IMG/VR virus record: IMGVR_UViG_3300036832_000855 | Coordinates: 32,001 to 96,000 of that record | From: a virus | Reading direction: 5' to 3' (one strand) | Length of the DNA: 64,000 bases | Made by a program: the position numbers and the translations under genes | Notes under the pieces: generated by a model | Seen by the model: the letters and a program-made list of their open reading frames with translations, nothing else | The model's database searches: none | Told to the model about the DNA's origin: nothing | Shown here: positions 63,442-64,000 of the stretch, one piece after another | How the letters are laid out: each line of letters opens with the position of its first letter | Numbering within the stretch: position 1 is the stretch's first letter

Positions 63442-64000
63442 CTCGGCTTGCGCCGGTAGAGGTATGGCTTGCCCTTCTTGAGCGGCACCGCAATCTGGAT
63501 GAGCCCGCGATCGTGGCACGCATGAGCGACATTGGATGTCGTGTGCCCCTCCCCCCAGCGGCCCCATTCCTCGGGGAACGTCAACGCCTCCTTGCGCCAG
63601 CGCTCGGGCTCGCGCTTGAGCGTCGATTCGGCTAGCTGGCGTGGCGGAGCTAGGGCGTAGCCCGCGGGCACGTCCGGCTCGCTCGCGAGATCGTCGTGCA
63701 TCCGGCCGATCTCCGTCGAGCGCCGAATCGCCCTCAGCGCCGCGCTCTGCAGCCGCGCGTCGACGTCGGCGGCGTAGACCGTCAGCGTCGCGTAGCCGCG
63801 CTCGCCGGGCACAAACAGCTCGGGCACCGCCTCGCGGGCGCTCGCGGGCGACATCTCGCTCGCGTCGGTGCGGTCGGCGACGATCGCTCGCGCGGACGCG
63901 TGCGGCCCGGAGCCGCCGTAGCCGAACTCGAACTCGCCGTGCCGGTCGTCGGGGAGCAGCTCGCGCCGCTCGCCGCCGCGGACGGCGTAGATCCGGACGT
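63438..64000 (-). CDS. DUF6166-like protein (5' end outside window)
   Basis: Frame is open to the window edge and contains FEFGYGGSGP..ARAI. Confidence 0.6.
   Translation of the reverse strand, partial: VRIYAVRGGERRELLPDDRHGEFEFGYGGSGPHASARAIVADRTDASEMSPASAREAVPELFVPGERGYATLTVYAADVDARLQSAALRAIRRSTEIGRMHDDLASEPDVPAGYALAPPRQLAESTLKREPERWRKEALTFPEEWGRWGEGHTTSNVAHACHDRGLIQIAVPLKKGKPYLYRRKPR

Noticed and set aside
128-63854. Numerous long overlapping Arg/Gly/Pro-rich ORFs in the track (e.g. 2059..3405, 30885..33296, 38713..40974)
   Set aside because: Shadow frames expected at ~70% GC, opposite or out of frame with genes that have recognisable motifs
1-64000. tRNA, rRNA or integrase genes
   Set aside because: None recognisable by eye; tRNAscan-SE or ARAGORN and HMM searches would be needed to exclude them formally

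Overview
A roughly 70% GC tailed-phage genome segment with a contractile tail (myovirus-type). The host is probably an actinobacterium, inferred from GC content and many leaderless TANNNT promoters. Left to right it holds: a partial HNH gene; terminase subunits; an early/replication region (HTH regulators, SprT-like protease, RusA, XRE repressor, primase-helicase, RecB/Cas4-like nuclease plus Bet/RecT recombinase); a convergent terminator at ~17.95 kb; and a long minus-strand morphogenesis region (18-62 kb) interrupted by two islands of early-type small genes. Portal, endolysin and integrase were not recognised in the window. The most striking signal is regulatory. A repeated expression cassette (-35 / palindrome GCACAC-N3-GTGYGY / extended -10 / 5' hairpin / CCGACCGAGGAG ribosome-binding motif) heads the early operons. 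An orphan ~85-nt hairpin-plus-terminator element at 17938-18023 displays the exact antisense of that motif in its loop, making it a candidate trans-acting anti-RBS sRNA for about 8-11 early genes. Other highlights are a fibre with 10 tandem C1q-like domains, an apparent plug-and-socket chain of fibres hanging from the spike, a leaderless 9-aa-repeat peptide, and a perfect 26-bp intragenic palindrome. All family calls come from motif recognition by eye, not database searches.
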